DNA of 64,000 nt from Acetobacteraceae bacterium (GCA_965198755.1 OZ240673.1:3145044-3209043), one strand, 5' to 3'; counted from the first letter of the stretch, positions 1 to 10,232 are shown. The notes: generated from the sequence alone by a model not told the origin. Numbers and translations: made by a program.

Positions 1-194
1 CCGGCGCTGGCCGGCCGGCCAGCGCGCGCACGTGCCGGATGTAGGCGGTCCAGGCCTCGCGGTCGTGCTGGGTGAGTGGTCGGGGACGCGGCGCCATGTC
101 CACCAATGTAGCGCAGCCGCCCTGGCATGCACGGCGAGTTTGCTTGAGCCCGGCCGGTGGTTGAGGATCATCGTAGGCTTTTTGGGGTGATGCC

Positions 195-1712
195 GTGGGC
201 AGATTTCACGCAAGTTTCCGCAACGCACCCGAGGCGGCGACGCGCGTCAGCGACGTGGACCCGGATGACGAGGTGCAGGTCACCGTGGTGCTGAAGCCGG
301 CCGCACCGCTGGACGCGGCCACCCATGCCGGCGGACCGGGGATCAGCCGCGAGGCCTACCGCGCGCTGCACGGCACCCCGGAGGCCAGCATCCGGCGCGT
401 CCGCGACGTGGCCGAGAAGTTCGGCCTGACGGTGGTCGAGGAGGATGCCGGCGCCCACCTGGTTAAGCTGCGCGGCACCTACGCCCAGGTGATGGCCGCC
501 TTCCGGCCGGAGCACATCGGCGTCTACACCGAGGCCGGCCGCACCTTCGTGGCACGCTCCGGCCACATCGACGTGCCCGACGAGATCACCGCCGACGTGC
601 TGGCCGTGATGGGCCTGGACCAGCGCCAGGTCGCCAAGGCGCATTTCCGCGCAGCCCCTGCAGCCGCGACGGCGGCCTCCTACACGCCGGCGCAGGTGGC
701 CGCCGCCTACCAGTTCCCCACCGGCGTGGACGGCACCGGCGAGACGGTCGGCATCATCGAGCTCGGCGGCGGCTACGCGGCCTCCGACGTGACCGCGTAT
801 TTCTCCTCGGTGGGCGTGACCCGGACCGGCACGCTGACCTCGGTGGGCGTGGACGGGGCCACCAACGCGGGCGAGGGCGACCCCGACGGCGCGGACGGCG
901 AGGTGCAGCTCGACATCGAGGTGGTGGGCTCGGTGGCCCCGGGTGCCAACATCGTGGTGTATTTCGGCCCCAACCAGGGCAGCGGCTTCCACGACGCGAT
1001 CAGCCAGGCGGTCAACGACACCGCCAACGCCATTTCGGTGATCTCCATCAGCTGGGGCGGTCCGGAGAGCACCTACGCGGCGCAGGACGTTACCGCCTTC
1101 GAGCAGGTGCTGGCCCAGGCGGCCACGCTGGGCATCACCGTGTGCGTGGCCTCCGGCGACAGCGGCTCCTCCGACGGGCTGACCGACGGTGGGAACCACG
1201 TGGACTACCCCGCCTCCAGCGTCAGCGTGCTGGCCTGCGGCGGCACCAGCCTGCCGCACGGAGGGCCGGAGGTGGCGTGGAACGACGGCGCCCAAGGTGC
1301 AAATTCGGGCGGCGCCTCGGGCGGCGGCTACTCGGCGCAGTTCGCGCTGCCGTCATGGCAGAGAGGCACGGTGCAGAACACCAAGCGCGGGGTGCCGGAC
1401 GTGGCCGGCGACGCGGACCCCCAGACCGGCTACCAGGTGAGCGTGGACGGCACCTCCACGGTGATCGGCGGCACCAGCGCGGTGGCACCGCTGTGGGCGG
1501 GGCTGGCGGCGCTGATCAACCAGTCGCTCGGCCGCAAGGTCGGGTTCATCAACCCGGTGCTGTATGCAACCCCGGCGGCGTTGACGGACATCATTTCGGG
1601 CAATAACGGTGCCTACCAGGCGGGGCCCGGCTGGGACCCGGTCACCGGTCTGGGGTCACCTTTGGGAACGCAGGTTCTGGCGGCGTTGCAGGCTTCGGCG
1701 GCAACCAGTTGA
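195..1712 (+). CDS. S53 family peptidase (kumamolisin/sedolisin-like) with prodomain
   Basis: EVQLD (Glu/Asp), ASGDSG oxyanion Asp, GGTSAVAP catalytic Ser, C-terminal GWDPVTGLGSP; no obvious signal peptide. Confidence 0.93.
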   Translation: MGRFHASFRNAPEAATRVSDVDPDDEVQVTVVLKPAAPLDAATHAGGPGISREAYRALHGTPEASIRRVRDVAEKFGLTVVEEDAGAHLVKLRGTYAQVMAAFRPEHIGVYTEAGRTFVARSGHIDVPDEITADVLAVMGLDQRQVAKAHFRAAPAAATAASYTPAQVAAAYQFPTGVDGTGETVGIIELGGGYAASDVTAYFSSVGVTRTGTLTSVGVDGATNAGEGDPDGADGEVQLDIEVVGSVAPGANIVVYFGPNQGSGFHDAISQAVNDTANAISVISISWGGPESTYAAQDVTAFEQVLAQAATLGITVCVASGDSGSSDGLTDGGNHVDYPASSVSVLACGGTSLPHGGPEVAWNDGAQGANSGGASGGGYSAQFALPSWQRGTVQNTKRGVPDVAGDADPQTGYQVSVDGTSTVIGGTSAVAPLWAGLAALINQSLGRKVGFINPVLYATPAALTDIISGNNGAYQAGPGWDPVTGLGSPLGTQVLAALQASAATS

Positions 1713-1844
1713 GGCGGACTGCCCACAAGCGTGCGGGCCGCATGCGACCTGCACGGCACAAGGGGACGCACGCGGCATCGGGGCAGGCAGCGTGCGGCCG
1801 GGAGGCGCCGGGGCGTGCAACACCCTGGCCGGGCGTCGTCAAAG

Positions 1845-2150
1845 CATGCAGCTTCGGAGCGAGCAGCATTTGGGCGCGCAGCGTCGGCGCAAACCATATT
1901 TTCGGAGCAGCGTCGGGCCTAGCAGAACCGGGACACGCCATGTCCAAGCAAGCAGCGTCGAATAAGGCAGCTTCGGAGCAACCGGTATCTGGACGCAGAG
2001 CGTCGGCGCGAGAAGCACCAGGCCAAGCAGCATGGCGCCGAACAGCATCGAGGCGAGCAGCGATAGGGCGAACAGCGACAGGGCGAACAGCGACGCAGCG
2101 AACAGCGATGGGGCGGGAAGCATCGGAGCGAGCAGCGCGGGCAGGTGGTT
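1845..2150. repeat. Degenerate 15-bp tandem repeat (core gcagcgatNgggcga), roughly 20 units
   Basis: Clearest at 2041-2145: aacagcatcgaggcg/agcagcgatagggcg/aacagcgacagggcg/aacagcgacgcagcg/aacagcgatggggcg. Confidence 0.75.
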
Positions 2151-2205
2151 CGGCGATGAGCAGCGCAGCGCCTTTCGGCAGGGCGCTGCACGTCAAGCAG
2201 GCAGC

Positions 2206-3678
2206 GTGACACGTCTGGCCGGGCTGGTCTCGGCGCGGCCAGGCGCCACCGCACTGGCGCTGATCCTGCTGGTGACCGGCCTGCTCTGGCAGAACCAGCG
2301 CGCCCAGAAACTGAACGTGTTCGACCAGCCGTTCTACCTCGGCATCGCCTACGACCTGGTCCACCACGGCCGCTTCTCCGACGGTTACATGTTCGCTGAG
2401 CCCGGGCCGGACGGCGTGCGGCCGGCGGGGATGCGCTTCTCGCCGCTGTGGCCGGGGTTGGTGGCTGCCGCCGCCGAACTGGACGGAAGGTTGCGCGCCG
2501 GCATGGACTGCGTGGTCGGCAGCGCCGGCAAGGATGACACCTGCCCGTCGGCCGCGCCCAGCCTGCGCCTGTTGCAGTTCGCCGAGCTTGCGGGGTTCTT
2601 CTGGCTGGTCTGGTGGATGGGCAACACGGTCGGCGGCGGCGCTGTCGGCTGGCTCAGCCTGCTGCTCGCGCTGGTGACCAGCCCGCTGCTGCTGCGCTCG
2701 GTGGACTACCTGATGACGGAGATGACCTGCCTGTTCCTCTCCACCGCCGCGACCGCCGCCGGCGTGCGCGCGCTTGTAGCGGACTGTGCCGATCCGGCTG
2801 CGGGCGGACCGACCCGCCTGGGCACCGTGTCGCGCAGCTGCCTGGGCTGGGCCTGTGCATCGGGCGCGCTGCTTGGCCTCGCCGCGCTGACCCGGCCGGC
2901 GTTCCTCTACCTGGTGCCGATGACGCTGCTGGCCTTGGCGCTGGCCGCACGCAGGCGCGCCCTGCTGCCGGGCGCCGCCTTTCTGGCTGGCGCGGTGGCC
3001 ACGCTGGCCCCCTGGATCGCGCGCAACGCGGCGGTGCTGGGACACCCGGCGCTGACCTACGGCTACGACAGCCACACCCTGGTGCAGCGCATCGCCTTCG
3101 ACACCATGACCTGGCGCGAGTACGCCCACGCCTACCTGTGCTGGCTGCCGGACGGCACCGCGCTGGGCCGCGACTTCCTCGGCCCGCATGGCTGCGACCG
3201 TTTCGCCTGGGACAACCAGCCCAGCTCGTTCTACGTGCTCGGCTTGCGGCACATGCTGCCGGAAACGCTGGCGGCGGCCGGCGGCTACGACCACCACCTG
3301 CGCTACCTGCTCACCCATTACCTCTTCCGCATGCCGGTCTGGCACGTGCTGGTCTCCATCCCGCTGGCGCTGCGCGGGGCCTACGTGGCGCATTGGTGGG
3401 GTTTCATCCTGCTGCCCGCCGCGCTGGTCTGCACCGTGCTGGCGCTGCGCCGTGCCTGGCGCGGCGGGCAAAGCGGCTGGAGCGCGGCCGCCTTCCTGGT
3501 CATGGCCCTGCCGGCCTGGTTCATGCTGGCGCTGAACGCCGGCGTGGCGGTCAACCAGGTGCGCTACAACCTGCTGCTGATCCTGCCCTATGCGGTCGCC
3601 GGCGGGCTCGGCCTGCGCGTCCTGTGGTTGCGGGCCGGCCTGCGCTTGCCGGTGCCGGAAAACGCCGCCGCGTCGTGA
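2206..3678 (+). CDS. Polytopic membrane protein, GT-C/ArnT-like glycosyltransferase-type fold
   Basis: Multiple TM segments, N-terminal DQPFYL motif, LTRP motif, WIARN; GTG 2206 preferred over ATG 2032, which lies in the tandem repeat. Confidence 0.6.
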   Translation: MTRLAGLVSARPGATALALILLVTGLLWQNQRAQKLNVFDQPFYLGIAYDLVHHGRFSDGYMFAEPGPDGVRPAGMRFSPLWPGLVAAAAELDGRLRAGMDCVVGSAGKDDTCPSAAPSLRLLQFAELAGFFWLVWWMGNTVGGGAVGWLSLLLALVTSPLLLRSVDYLMTEMTCLFLSTAATAAGVRALVADCADPAAGGPTRLGTVSRSCLGWACASGALLGLAALTRPAFLYLVPMTLLALALAARRRALLPGAAFLAGAVATLAPWIARNAAVLGHPALTYGYDSHTLVQRIAFDTMTWREYAHAYLCWLPDGTALGRDFLGPHGCDRFAWDNQPSSFYVLGLRHMLPETLAAAGGYDHHLRYLLTHYLFRMPVWHVLVSIPLALRGAYVAHWWGFILLPAALVCTVLALRRAWRGGQSGWSAAAFLVMALPAWFMLALNAGVAVNQVRYNLLLILPYAVAGGLGLRVLWLRAGLRLPVPENAAAS

Positions 3679-4025
3679 CCCAGGCCCCCCATCCTTTCGT
3701 GCTGGACGGTGTGGTCGCCCGGCTTTATCCCGGCCCCGCGCGGTCCCTCGCCCTCGGGCCCGGCCGGCTCGGGCGTGAAGGTGCGGCCGGCACCGTGCTG
3801 TGGCAGGCCAGCGACGGCATCTACGACCTGGATCTGTTCGCTGCCTTCTGGGCGTATGAGGCAGGGCAGATCGACTGGCTGAGCGGTTTCCTGTGCGACA
3901 CGGCGACGAGCGAGATGTTCCTGCGGCTTGCAGAGCCGGCAGCGGACGAGGAAGAGCCCGAGGAGATCTACGCGCGGGCGTCGATGAACACGCTGGAGAG
4001 CGATTTGCAGGATGAGTATTCTTGA
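3675..4025 (+). CDS. Hypothetical acidic protein (116 aa)
   Basis: GTGA overlap with upstream stop; protein-like composition (LWQASDGIYDLDLFAAFWAYE). Confidence 0.6.
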   Translation: MTQAPHPFVLDGVVARLYPGPARSLALGPGRLGREGAAGTVLWQASDGIYDLDLFAAFWAYEAGQIDWLSGFLCDTATSEMFLRLAEPAADEEEPEEIYARASMNTLESDLQDEYS

Positions 4026-4032
4026 GGGAAAG

Positions 4033-4166
4033 AAAGCAAGCAGTTCTTTTTTGAAAAAAAGAACCAAAAAACTTTTGTTCCCTGGGTACCCGTCTGTGGA
4101 ACGGTCCGCGACAGCCGTGATAAAAGTTTTTTGCTTCTTTTTTTCCAAAAAAGAAGCGCTTCCTTG
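4033..4166 (-). repeat. AT-rich bipartite palindromic element, copy E1
   Basis: GAACC arm left, CGCGACAG + GAAGC arm right. Confidence 0.95.
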
Positions 4167-5489
4167 AGCTTGCTTTCCAACGTAGGCGGCACCCTCCAGA
4201 ACCTGGCCTACACCGGCGTCCAGGCCTGGCCGTTCTCCACCACCACTATCCGCATCGGCGTCACCGGCCTCTCGCGCGCCGGCAAGACCGCCTTCATCAC
4301 CTCGGTCGCCGCCAACCTGATGGCGCGCCGCTGGGTGCTGGCACCTTCGGGCGCCGGCGACGTGCCGCGCTTCGACCAGGCACGCCACCTTGCCCGCCTC
4401 GCCGCCGACCCGCCCACCTGGCCGGAGCGCACGGACGCCGCCTCTCTGCTGGCGCTGACCACCAGCCTACCGCGCGGCCTGCTGCCGGCCCGCCACGTGC
4501 GTCTGGAGTTCCTCGACTATCCGGGCGAGTGGCTGATCGACCTGCCGATGCTGCGCCAGACCTACGCCGAGTGGTCGGACGCCACGCTGCGCCGGCTGGA
4601 ATCCGCGTCCGTGGCGCCGGTGGCCGCCCCGTTCCTCGCCTTCATCGGCGGCATCTCCGCCCGCGCGGCCGCCGACGAGGCGCTGGCCCATGCCGGCACC
4701 CGTCTGTATCGCGAGGTGCTGGGCAAGCTGCGTGACAAAGGCCTCGCCTTTCTGCAGCCCGGCCGTCACGTGATGCCGGCGCCCGGCCCGGAAGCGCCGT
4801 GGATGAGCTTCTTCCCGCTACGCTCGCAGGGAGGGCTGGCGTCACTGCTGACTGACCGCTACGCCGCCTACCTCGGCGCGGTGCGGCGCGACCTCGCCTC
4901 GCCGCTGTTCGCCAACGTGGACCGCCTGGTGATCCTGGCCGACGTGCTGAGCGCGCTGCACGCCGGACGCGACGCGTTCGCCGACATGCGGGCGGCACTC
5001 TCGGCCGCAGCCGGGTCGCTGCGCTGGCAGTTCGACTGGTGGGAGGCGCTGGGCGCGCTGACCGAGCTGCGCCTGCCGCCGCGCATCATCAACCGCGTGG
5101 CGTTTGCCGCCACCAAGTCGGACCACGTGGCCGAACGCCAGCGCGGCAACCTCGCCGCGCTTATGCGCTCACTGGCGCAGGTGCCGGCCACCGGGGTGCG
5201 CAGCACCCACGCCGCCATCGCCTCGGTCCGCTGCACGGAGGATTTCGTCTGGACGCTGGACGGCCGGCCGGTCTCCGCCGTGCGCGGCCGCGTGCTGGGC
5301 CAGCAGGTGATGACGCGCTCCTACCCCGGCGAGGTGCCGGACCAGCCGCCCGGCGACGACTTCTGGGAGCACCCGTTCCTGGCCCTGCCGCAGTTCGAGC
5401 CGATGCGCCTGCCGGACGGCGGCCGTCTCGGCGTGCCCAACGTCGGGCTGGACGCGTTGCTGGCGTTCCTGCTGGAGGATTTGACGTGA
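4164..5489 (+). CDS. ycjX: YcjX family P-loop protein (DUF463)
   Basis: IRIGVTGLSRAGKT Walker A, LDYPGEWLIDLP, FAATKSDHV; start uncertain (TTG 4164/4170 at the edge of E1). Confidence 0.9.
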   Translation: MSLLSNVGGTLQNLAYTGVQAWPFSTTTIRIGVTGLSRAGKTAFITSVAANLMARRWVLAPSGAGDVPRFDQARHLARLAADPPTWPERTDAASLLALTTSLPRGLLPARHVRLEFLDYPGEWLIDLPMLRQTYAEWSDATLRRLESASVAPVAAPFLAFIGGISARAAADEALAHAGTRLYREVLGKLRDKGLAFLQPGRHVMPAPGPEAPWMSFFPLRSQGGLASLLTDRYAAYLGAVRRDLASPLFANVDRLVILADVLSALHAGRDAFADMRAALSAAAGSLRWQFDWWEALGALTELRLPPRIINRVAFAATKSDHVAERQRGNLAALMRSLAQVPATGVRSTHAAIASVRCTEDFVWTLDGRPVSAVRGRVLGQQVMTRSYPGEVPDQPPGDDFWEHPFLALPQFEPMRLPDGGRLGVPNVGLDALLAFLLEDLT

Positions 5490-6547
5490 GCGACACCCGC
5501 CCCGGCGAGCCCCGGCCCCGGCCGCGCATCGAGACGGAGGCGCTGCCTCGTGCTGATGATGTTGCCGGCGCGCGCGGCCGGGGCGCAGCCCGTCCGGAGG
5601 AGCGCCAGACATCGCCCCGTCCGCATATGGACGAGCTTTCCGCGACTGCCGTGCCCGGGGAGGGCCGAGACGTCTCCGAGACCCTGCCGCGTGAGCGCCC
5701 GCCGCGTCCCCGCATCGAGACGGAGGACCTGCCCGCCTCCCGCCTGGAATCCGCGCTGCCGGTCATCGAGCTGGCCGTTCCGACGCGTCGGCAATGGGGC
5801 ATGCCGGCGCTGGTGTTCGGCGGCGCGTCCGTGCTGGTGCTGGGTGCGGCCGGGCTGCAGACGTTCCAGCTGGTGGCCGAGACGTTCGCGCGGTCCGGCT
5901 TTCTGGGCGGCGCGGCAGCGGGCGTAGCCGGCGTGGGCTTCGGCATGATCGGGCTGGGGTTCTGGCGCGAGTGGGCGGCGCTGTCCGCCCTGCGCGGCGT
6001 GGACCGGCTGCGCGCAGCGCTGTCCGGTCAGGACGCGGTGGCGCGGGCGCGCGCCGCGCGGGAGTGGCTGCGCGAGCTGCCCGAAGGACCCGCGCTGCTG
6101 CCCGCGGTGAACGCGGTCAACGACCCGGACGCCATCCTCGCACTGCTGCGCGCCGGGCCGGTGGCCAGCCTGCGCGGCCAGGCCGACGCGCTGGGACGCG
6201 CCGCGGCGTTGCAGTCCGTGGCGGGCATCGCGGCGATGCCGTCGCCGGGGCTGGCCGCGTTGTTCGTGGCGTGGCGCGGGTTGCGCCTGGTACGGCAGGT
6301 GGCCCAGCTGCACGGGTTGCGTCCCGGCGCGCTCGCCACGCTGGGGCTGCTGCGTAGGACGGCGTTGTCCGCTGGTGCTGTGGCTGGTGTGGAGGTGGCG
6401 ACGAACACCGCGGCGCACGCGCTGCTATCCAGCCCGTTGCTGACGCACGTGGCGGGCGAGATGGCAGGCGCGGGGGTGGCGGCGCGGCGGATGCTGGTGC
6501 TGGCCCGGGCGGCGAGCGTTGCGTGCTCGCCGGTGCCGCCGGAGTAA
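5486..6547 (+). CDS. ycjF: YcjF family membrane protein (DUF697)
   Basis: GTGA overlap with ycjX; two TM segments; GEMAGAGVAARRMLVL C-terminus; Pro/Arg-rich N-terminus with PRPRIETE twice. Confidence 0.85.
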   Translation: MSDTRPGEPRPRPRIETEALPRADDVAGARGRGAARPEERQTSPRPHMDELSATAVPGEGRDVSETLPRERPPRPRIETEDLPASRLESALPVIELAVPTRRQWGMPALVFGGASVLVLGAAGLQTFQLVAETFARSGFLGGAAAGVAGVGFGMIGLGFWREWAALSALRGVDRLRAALSGQDAVARARAAREWLRELPEGPALLPAVNAVNDPDAILALLRAGPVASLRGQADALGRAAALQSVAGIAAMPSPGLAALFVAWRGLRLVRQVAQLHGLRPGALATLGLLRRTALSAGAVAGVEVATNTAAHALLSSPLLTHVAGEMAGAGVAARRMLVLARAASVACSPVPPE

Positions 6548-6682
6548 GGCAAGGCAAGCGCTTCTTTTTTGAAAAAAAGAAGCAAAAAACTTTTGTCTCC
6601 GCTGTCGCGTGCTCGCCGGACAGGTCGCCGACAGGGAGCAAAAGTTTTTTGTTCTTTTTTTCAAAAAAGAACTGCTTCCTTC
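6548..6682 (+). repeat. Palindromic element E2, filling the gap between the convergent ycjF and aceA stops
   Basis: GAAGC arm + CTGTCGCG left, GAAC arm right; abuts both stop codons. Confidence 0.95.
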
Positions 6683-8344
6683 CTACCCGAACTGGTTCAT
6701 CGTGTTGTGCGCCCCGCCCGCCTTCAGCGCCGCCTCACCAGCAAAATACTCCTTGTGGTCGTCGCCCACGTCGGAGCCGGCCATGTTCTGGTGCTTCACG
6801 CAGGCGATGCCCTGGCGCAGTTCCTGACGCTGCACGCCCAGCACGTAACCCAGCATGCCCTGGTCGCCGAAATACGTCTTCGACAGGTTGTCCGCCGACA
6901 GCGCGGCCGTGTGGTAGGTCGGCAGCGTGATCAGATGGTGGAAGATGCCGGCGCGCTTTGCCGCGTCCGCCTGGAAGGTGCGGATGCGCTCGTCGGCTTC
7001 CTTGGCCAGCGCGGTCTCGTCGTAGTCCACGCTCATCAGCTTGGCACGATCGTAGGCGGAGACGTCGTGACCCTCGCCCTTCCACGCGTCGTAGACCTGC
7101 TGGCGGAAGTTCAGCGTCCAGTTGAAGCTGGGCGAGTTGTTGTAGGCGAGCTTGGCGTTCGGGATCACCGCGCGGATGCGGTCCATCATGCCGGCGATCT
7201 GGCTCACCTGCGGCTTTTCCGTCTCGATCCACAGCAGGTCGGCGCCGTTCTGCAGCGAGGTGATGCTGTCGAGCACGCAGCGGTCCTCGCCGGTGCCGGC
7301 GCGGAACTGGAACAGGTTGCTGGGCAGGCGTTTCGGCCGCAGCATCTTTCCGTTGCGGTTGATGATGACGTCGCCGTTGCGGGCGTCACCGGGGGCAACC
7401 TCTTCGCAATCGAGGAAGCTGTTGTATTGGTCACCCAGGTCACCGGGCGTGTGGCTGACGGCGATCTGCTTGGTGAGGCCGGCGCCGAGCGAGTCCGTGC
7501 GGGTGACGATGATGCCGTCGTCCACGCCGAGCTCGAGGAAGGCGTAGCGGCAGGCGCGCACCTTGGCGATGAAGTCCTCGTGCGGCACGGTGACCTTGCC
7601 GTCCTGGTGGCCGCACTGCTTCTCGTCGGACACCTGGTTCTCGATCTGCAGCGCGCAGGCGCCGGCTTCGATCATCTTCTTGGCCAGCAGATAGGTGGCC
7701 TCCGCGTTGCCGAAGCCGGCGTCGATGTCGGCGATGATCGGCACCACGTGGGTCTCGTAATTGTCCACGCGGGCCATCAGCTCGGCCTCACGCGCGGCGT
7801 CGCCGGACTTGCGGGCGGCGTCGATCTCGCGGAACATGCCGCCCAGCTCGCGCGCGTCGGCCTGGCGCAGGAAGGTGTAGATCTCCTCGATCAGCTTGGG
7901 CACGGTGGTCTTCTCGTGCATCGACTGGTCAGGCAGCGGGCCGAAATCGCTGCGCAGGGCGGCGACCATCCAGCCGGAGAGGTAGATGTAACGGCGCTTG
8001 GTGGTGCCGAAATGCTTCTTCACCGCGATCATCTGCTGCTGGGCGATGAAGCCGTGCCAGGCGCCGAGCGACTGGGTGTAGAGCGAGGAGTCCGCGTCGT
8101 AGGCCGCCATGTCGGCGCGCATGATGGCGGCCGTGTAGCGGGCAACGTCCAGTCCGGTCTGGAAGCGGTTCTGCAGGCGCATGCGCGCCACGGACTCAGG
8201 GTTGATACCGTTCCAGTTCGACCGCGCCTCGATCAGGTCGGCCGCCTGCGCCTGGTGCTCCTGATAGGCGGACGGACGGCCGCTGGCGGCGGACAACGAA
8301 CCGGTCGAACCTTCGGGGGCAAACAGGGGGACTGGCTTGTTCAT
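6683..8344 (-). CDS. aceA: Isocitrate lyase (long form)
   Basis: IENQVSDEKQCGHQDGK catalytic motif, DIDAGFGN, YNNSPSFNW; ATG 8344 preferred. Confidence 0.97.
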   Translation of the reverse strand: MNKPVPLFAPEGSTGSLSAASGRPSAYQEHQAQAADLIEARSNWNGINPESVARMRLQNRFQTGLDVARYTAAIMRADMAAYDADSSLYTQSLGAWHGFIAQQQMIAVKKHFGTTKRRYIYLSGWMVAALRSDFGPLPDQSMHEKTTVPKLIEEIYTFLRQADARELGGMFREIDAARKSGDAAREAELMARVDNYETHVVPIIADIDAGFGNAEATYLLAKKMIEAGACALQIENQVSDEKQCGHQDGKVTVPHEDFIAKVRACRYAFLELGVDDGIIVTRTDSLGAGLTKQIAVSHTPGDLGDQYNSFLDCEEVAPGDARNGDVIINRNGKMLRPKRLPSNLFQFRAGTGEDRCVLDSITSLQNGADLLWIETEKPQVSQIAGMMDRIRAVIPNAKLAYNNSPSFNWTLNFRQQVYDAWKGEGHDVSAYDRAKLMSVDYDETALAKEADERIRTFQADAAKRAGIFHHLITLPTYHTAALSADNLSKTYFGDQGMLGYVLGVQRQELRQGIACVKHQNMAGSDVGDDHKEYFAGEAALKAGGAHNTMNQFG

Positions 8345-8462
8345 GGGGGCAAATAACCTTATGTCGTAACGACTGTCTATCCATATCGGCTCAAGCGACA
8401 CAGGAAGATAGCTCGCGGGTGCAGCATAAGCCATTTTTTCGTCACTGCGGCGACAGGTAGGG

Positions 8463-8488
8463 TAGTAAAGTTGTAAAGCTTGTAAAAG
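8463..8488 (-). promoter_or_regulatory. Candidate ScfR/RamB operator, three 9-bp-phased TTTAC(A/T)A repeats
   Basis: Top strand tagtaaagttgtaaagcttgtaaaag; lies between divergent aceA and the regulator. Confidence 0.55.
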
Positions 8489-8665
8489 CCCGAGCCAGTT
8501 TGAGACGCACGACTCAGTCGGCACTGGTAGCGTTCGCGTAAAGGAGGCAGCCTGCAAAGTTACCGGAGGTATAATCAGGCGGGTGGGGCGAGAGCCGCGT
8601 CAGATAGACTCGGGGATACTTGGGACGTACATACCGACAGGCCGCGGGGGCCGACCTTAGTGAAG

Positions 8666-8800
8666 AAAGCAAGGCCTTCTTTTTTGGAAAAAAAGAAGCA
8701 AAAAACTTTTGGTCTGGCTGTCGCGGAGTTTCCGGCAGCGCGCGCCAAGGGAATAAAAGTTTTTTGGTTCTTTTTTTCAAAAAAGAACCGCTTGCCTTGC
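8666..8800 (+). repeat. Palindromic element E3
   Basis: Full copy, CTGTCGCGGAGTTTCC spacer type. Confidence 0.95.
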
Positions 8801-8834
8801 CTGCTTTCGGCAAACACCCAGAAAAGCTGACGAC

Positions 8835-10232
8835 ATGGCACGGCCACTCATCGGGCGCACGGTTCGCAGGCTGCGGACCGAGCAGAACCTCTCGCAGCAG
8901 GCGCTCGCCGCCAAGCTGGGCATCTCGCCCAGCTACCTGAACCTCATCGAGCACGACCAGCGCAACGTCACCGCCAGCCTGGTCATCAAGCTGGCCGAGA
9001 TGCTGCGGGTGGACCTTGCGGCCCTGTCCGGCGCGCAGGAGCGCGAGCTCGAGTTTGGCCTGCGCGAGGTGTTCTCCGACCCGCTTCTCGGCACCGAAGC
9101 CATCCCGGACGCCGAGCTGGAAGGCGTGGCCAGCAACCCCAACGCGGCGCGCGCCGTGCTCGCCCTCTACCGTGCCTGGCGGGTGGCGCGCGAGGACGCC
9201 TCCGGCCTGGCTCTGCCCTCCGGCCGGCGCATCCTGCTGCCCAACGAGGAGGCGCGCGACGTCTTCCACGAACGCGGCAACTATTTCGCCGAACTGGAAT
9301 CCGCGGCCGAAGGCATCGCCAACCAGCTGAACGTGACGCCGGCGGAGACCAACCACGCCATCGCCGAACGCCTGCGCCGCCTGCACCAGGTGAGCGTGCG
9401 CGTCAGCCCAATGGAAGACGCGCTGCGCCGCTACGAGCCGGAAACCCGCACGCTCACGCTGTCAGAACAATTACCGCGCGAGAGCCGCGGCTTCCACATG
9501 GCGTTCCAGATCATCCTGCTGGAAGCACGCGACATGGTCGAAGCGCTGCTCACCCGCATCGCACCCAGCTCGCCGGAAGCCGCCAGCCTGATCCGCATCG
9601 GGTTGCTGAACTACGCGGCCGCCGCGCTGCTGATGCCGTACACCGCGTTCCTCGACTCATCGCGTCTGCTGCGGCACGACGTGGACGCGCTCGCCGCCCG
9701 TTTCTGCGTCAGTTTCGAACAGGCCTGCCACCGCCTCAGTACTTTGCAGAAATCCGGCGCGCGCGGCATCCCGTTCTTCTTCCTGCGCGTGGACCCGGCC
9801 GGCAACGTCAGCAAACGTTTCTCCGCCGGCGGCTTTCCGTTCGCGCGCTACGGCGGCAGCTGCCCGCGCTGGGTGGTGCACGCGGCGTTCGCGACACCCG
9901 GCACGCTGCGCGTGCAGGTCGCACAACTGACGGATGGTGCCACGTTCCTCTGCTTCGCCCGTTGCATCGAAGGACCGGCTGCCGCCTGGGGCGAGCCGCC
10001 GCCCACGCACGTGATCGCCATGGGCTGCGACGTGGCGCATGCTGGCGAGGTGGTCTACGGCGACGGGCTGGCACTGGAACAGGCGGCGGTGGGAATCGGG
10101 CTCTCGTGCCGCCTGTGCGACCGGCAGAACTGCCGCAGCCGGGCGTTTCCGCCGCTGGAACATCGGTTGGCACTGGATCCGAACTTGGAGAGTGATAGTC
10201 CTTATCGGTTCGAGCCGGTGGGACGGAAGTAA
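8835..10232 (+). CDS. ramB: Short-chain fatty acyl-CoA regulator (ScfR/RamB family; XRE HTH + IrrE-like + DUF2083)
   Basis: N-terminal HTH (ISPSYLNLIEHDQR), VSFEQACHRLSTLQ, RVDPAGNVSKRFS, CRLCDR; divergent from aceA. Confidence 0.85.
   Translation: MARPLIGRTVRRLRTEQNLSQQALAAKLGISPSYLNLIEHDQRNVTASLVIKLAEMLRVDLAALSGAQERELEFGLREVFSDPLLGTEAIPDAELEGVASNPNAARAVLALYRAWRVAREDASGLALPSGRRILLPNEEARDVFHERGNYFAELESAAEGIANQLNVTPAETNHAIAERLRRLHQVSVRVSPMEDALRRYEPETRTLTLSEQLPRESRGFHMAFQIILLEARDMVEALLTRIAPSSPEAASLIRIGLLNYAAAALLMPYTAFLDSSRLLRHDVDALAARFCVSFEQACHRLSTLQKSGARGIPFFFLRVDPAGNVSKRFSAGGFPFARYGGSCPRWVVHAAFATPGTLRVQVAQLTDGATFLCFARCIEGPAAAWGEPPPTHVIAMGCDVAHAGEVVYGDGLALEQAAVGIGLSCRLCDRQNCRSRAFPPLEHRLALDPNLESDSPYRFEPVGRK

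Noticed and set aside
4033-4166. Element arms as classical intrinsic terminators
   Set aside because: Stems are A/U-rich, and copies occur inside a CDS and within an apparently coupled operon; termination cannot be supported from sequence alone.
5500-5730. PRPRIETE duplication in the YcjF N-terminus
   Set aside because: Short duplication in a disordered, variable tail; no evidence of function.
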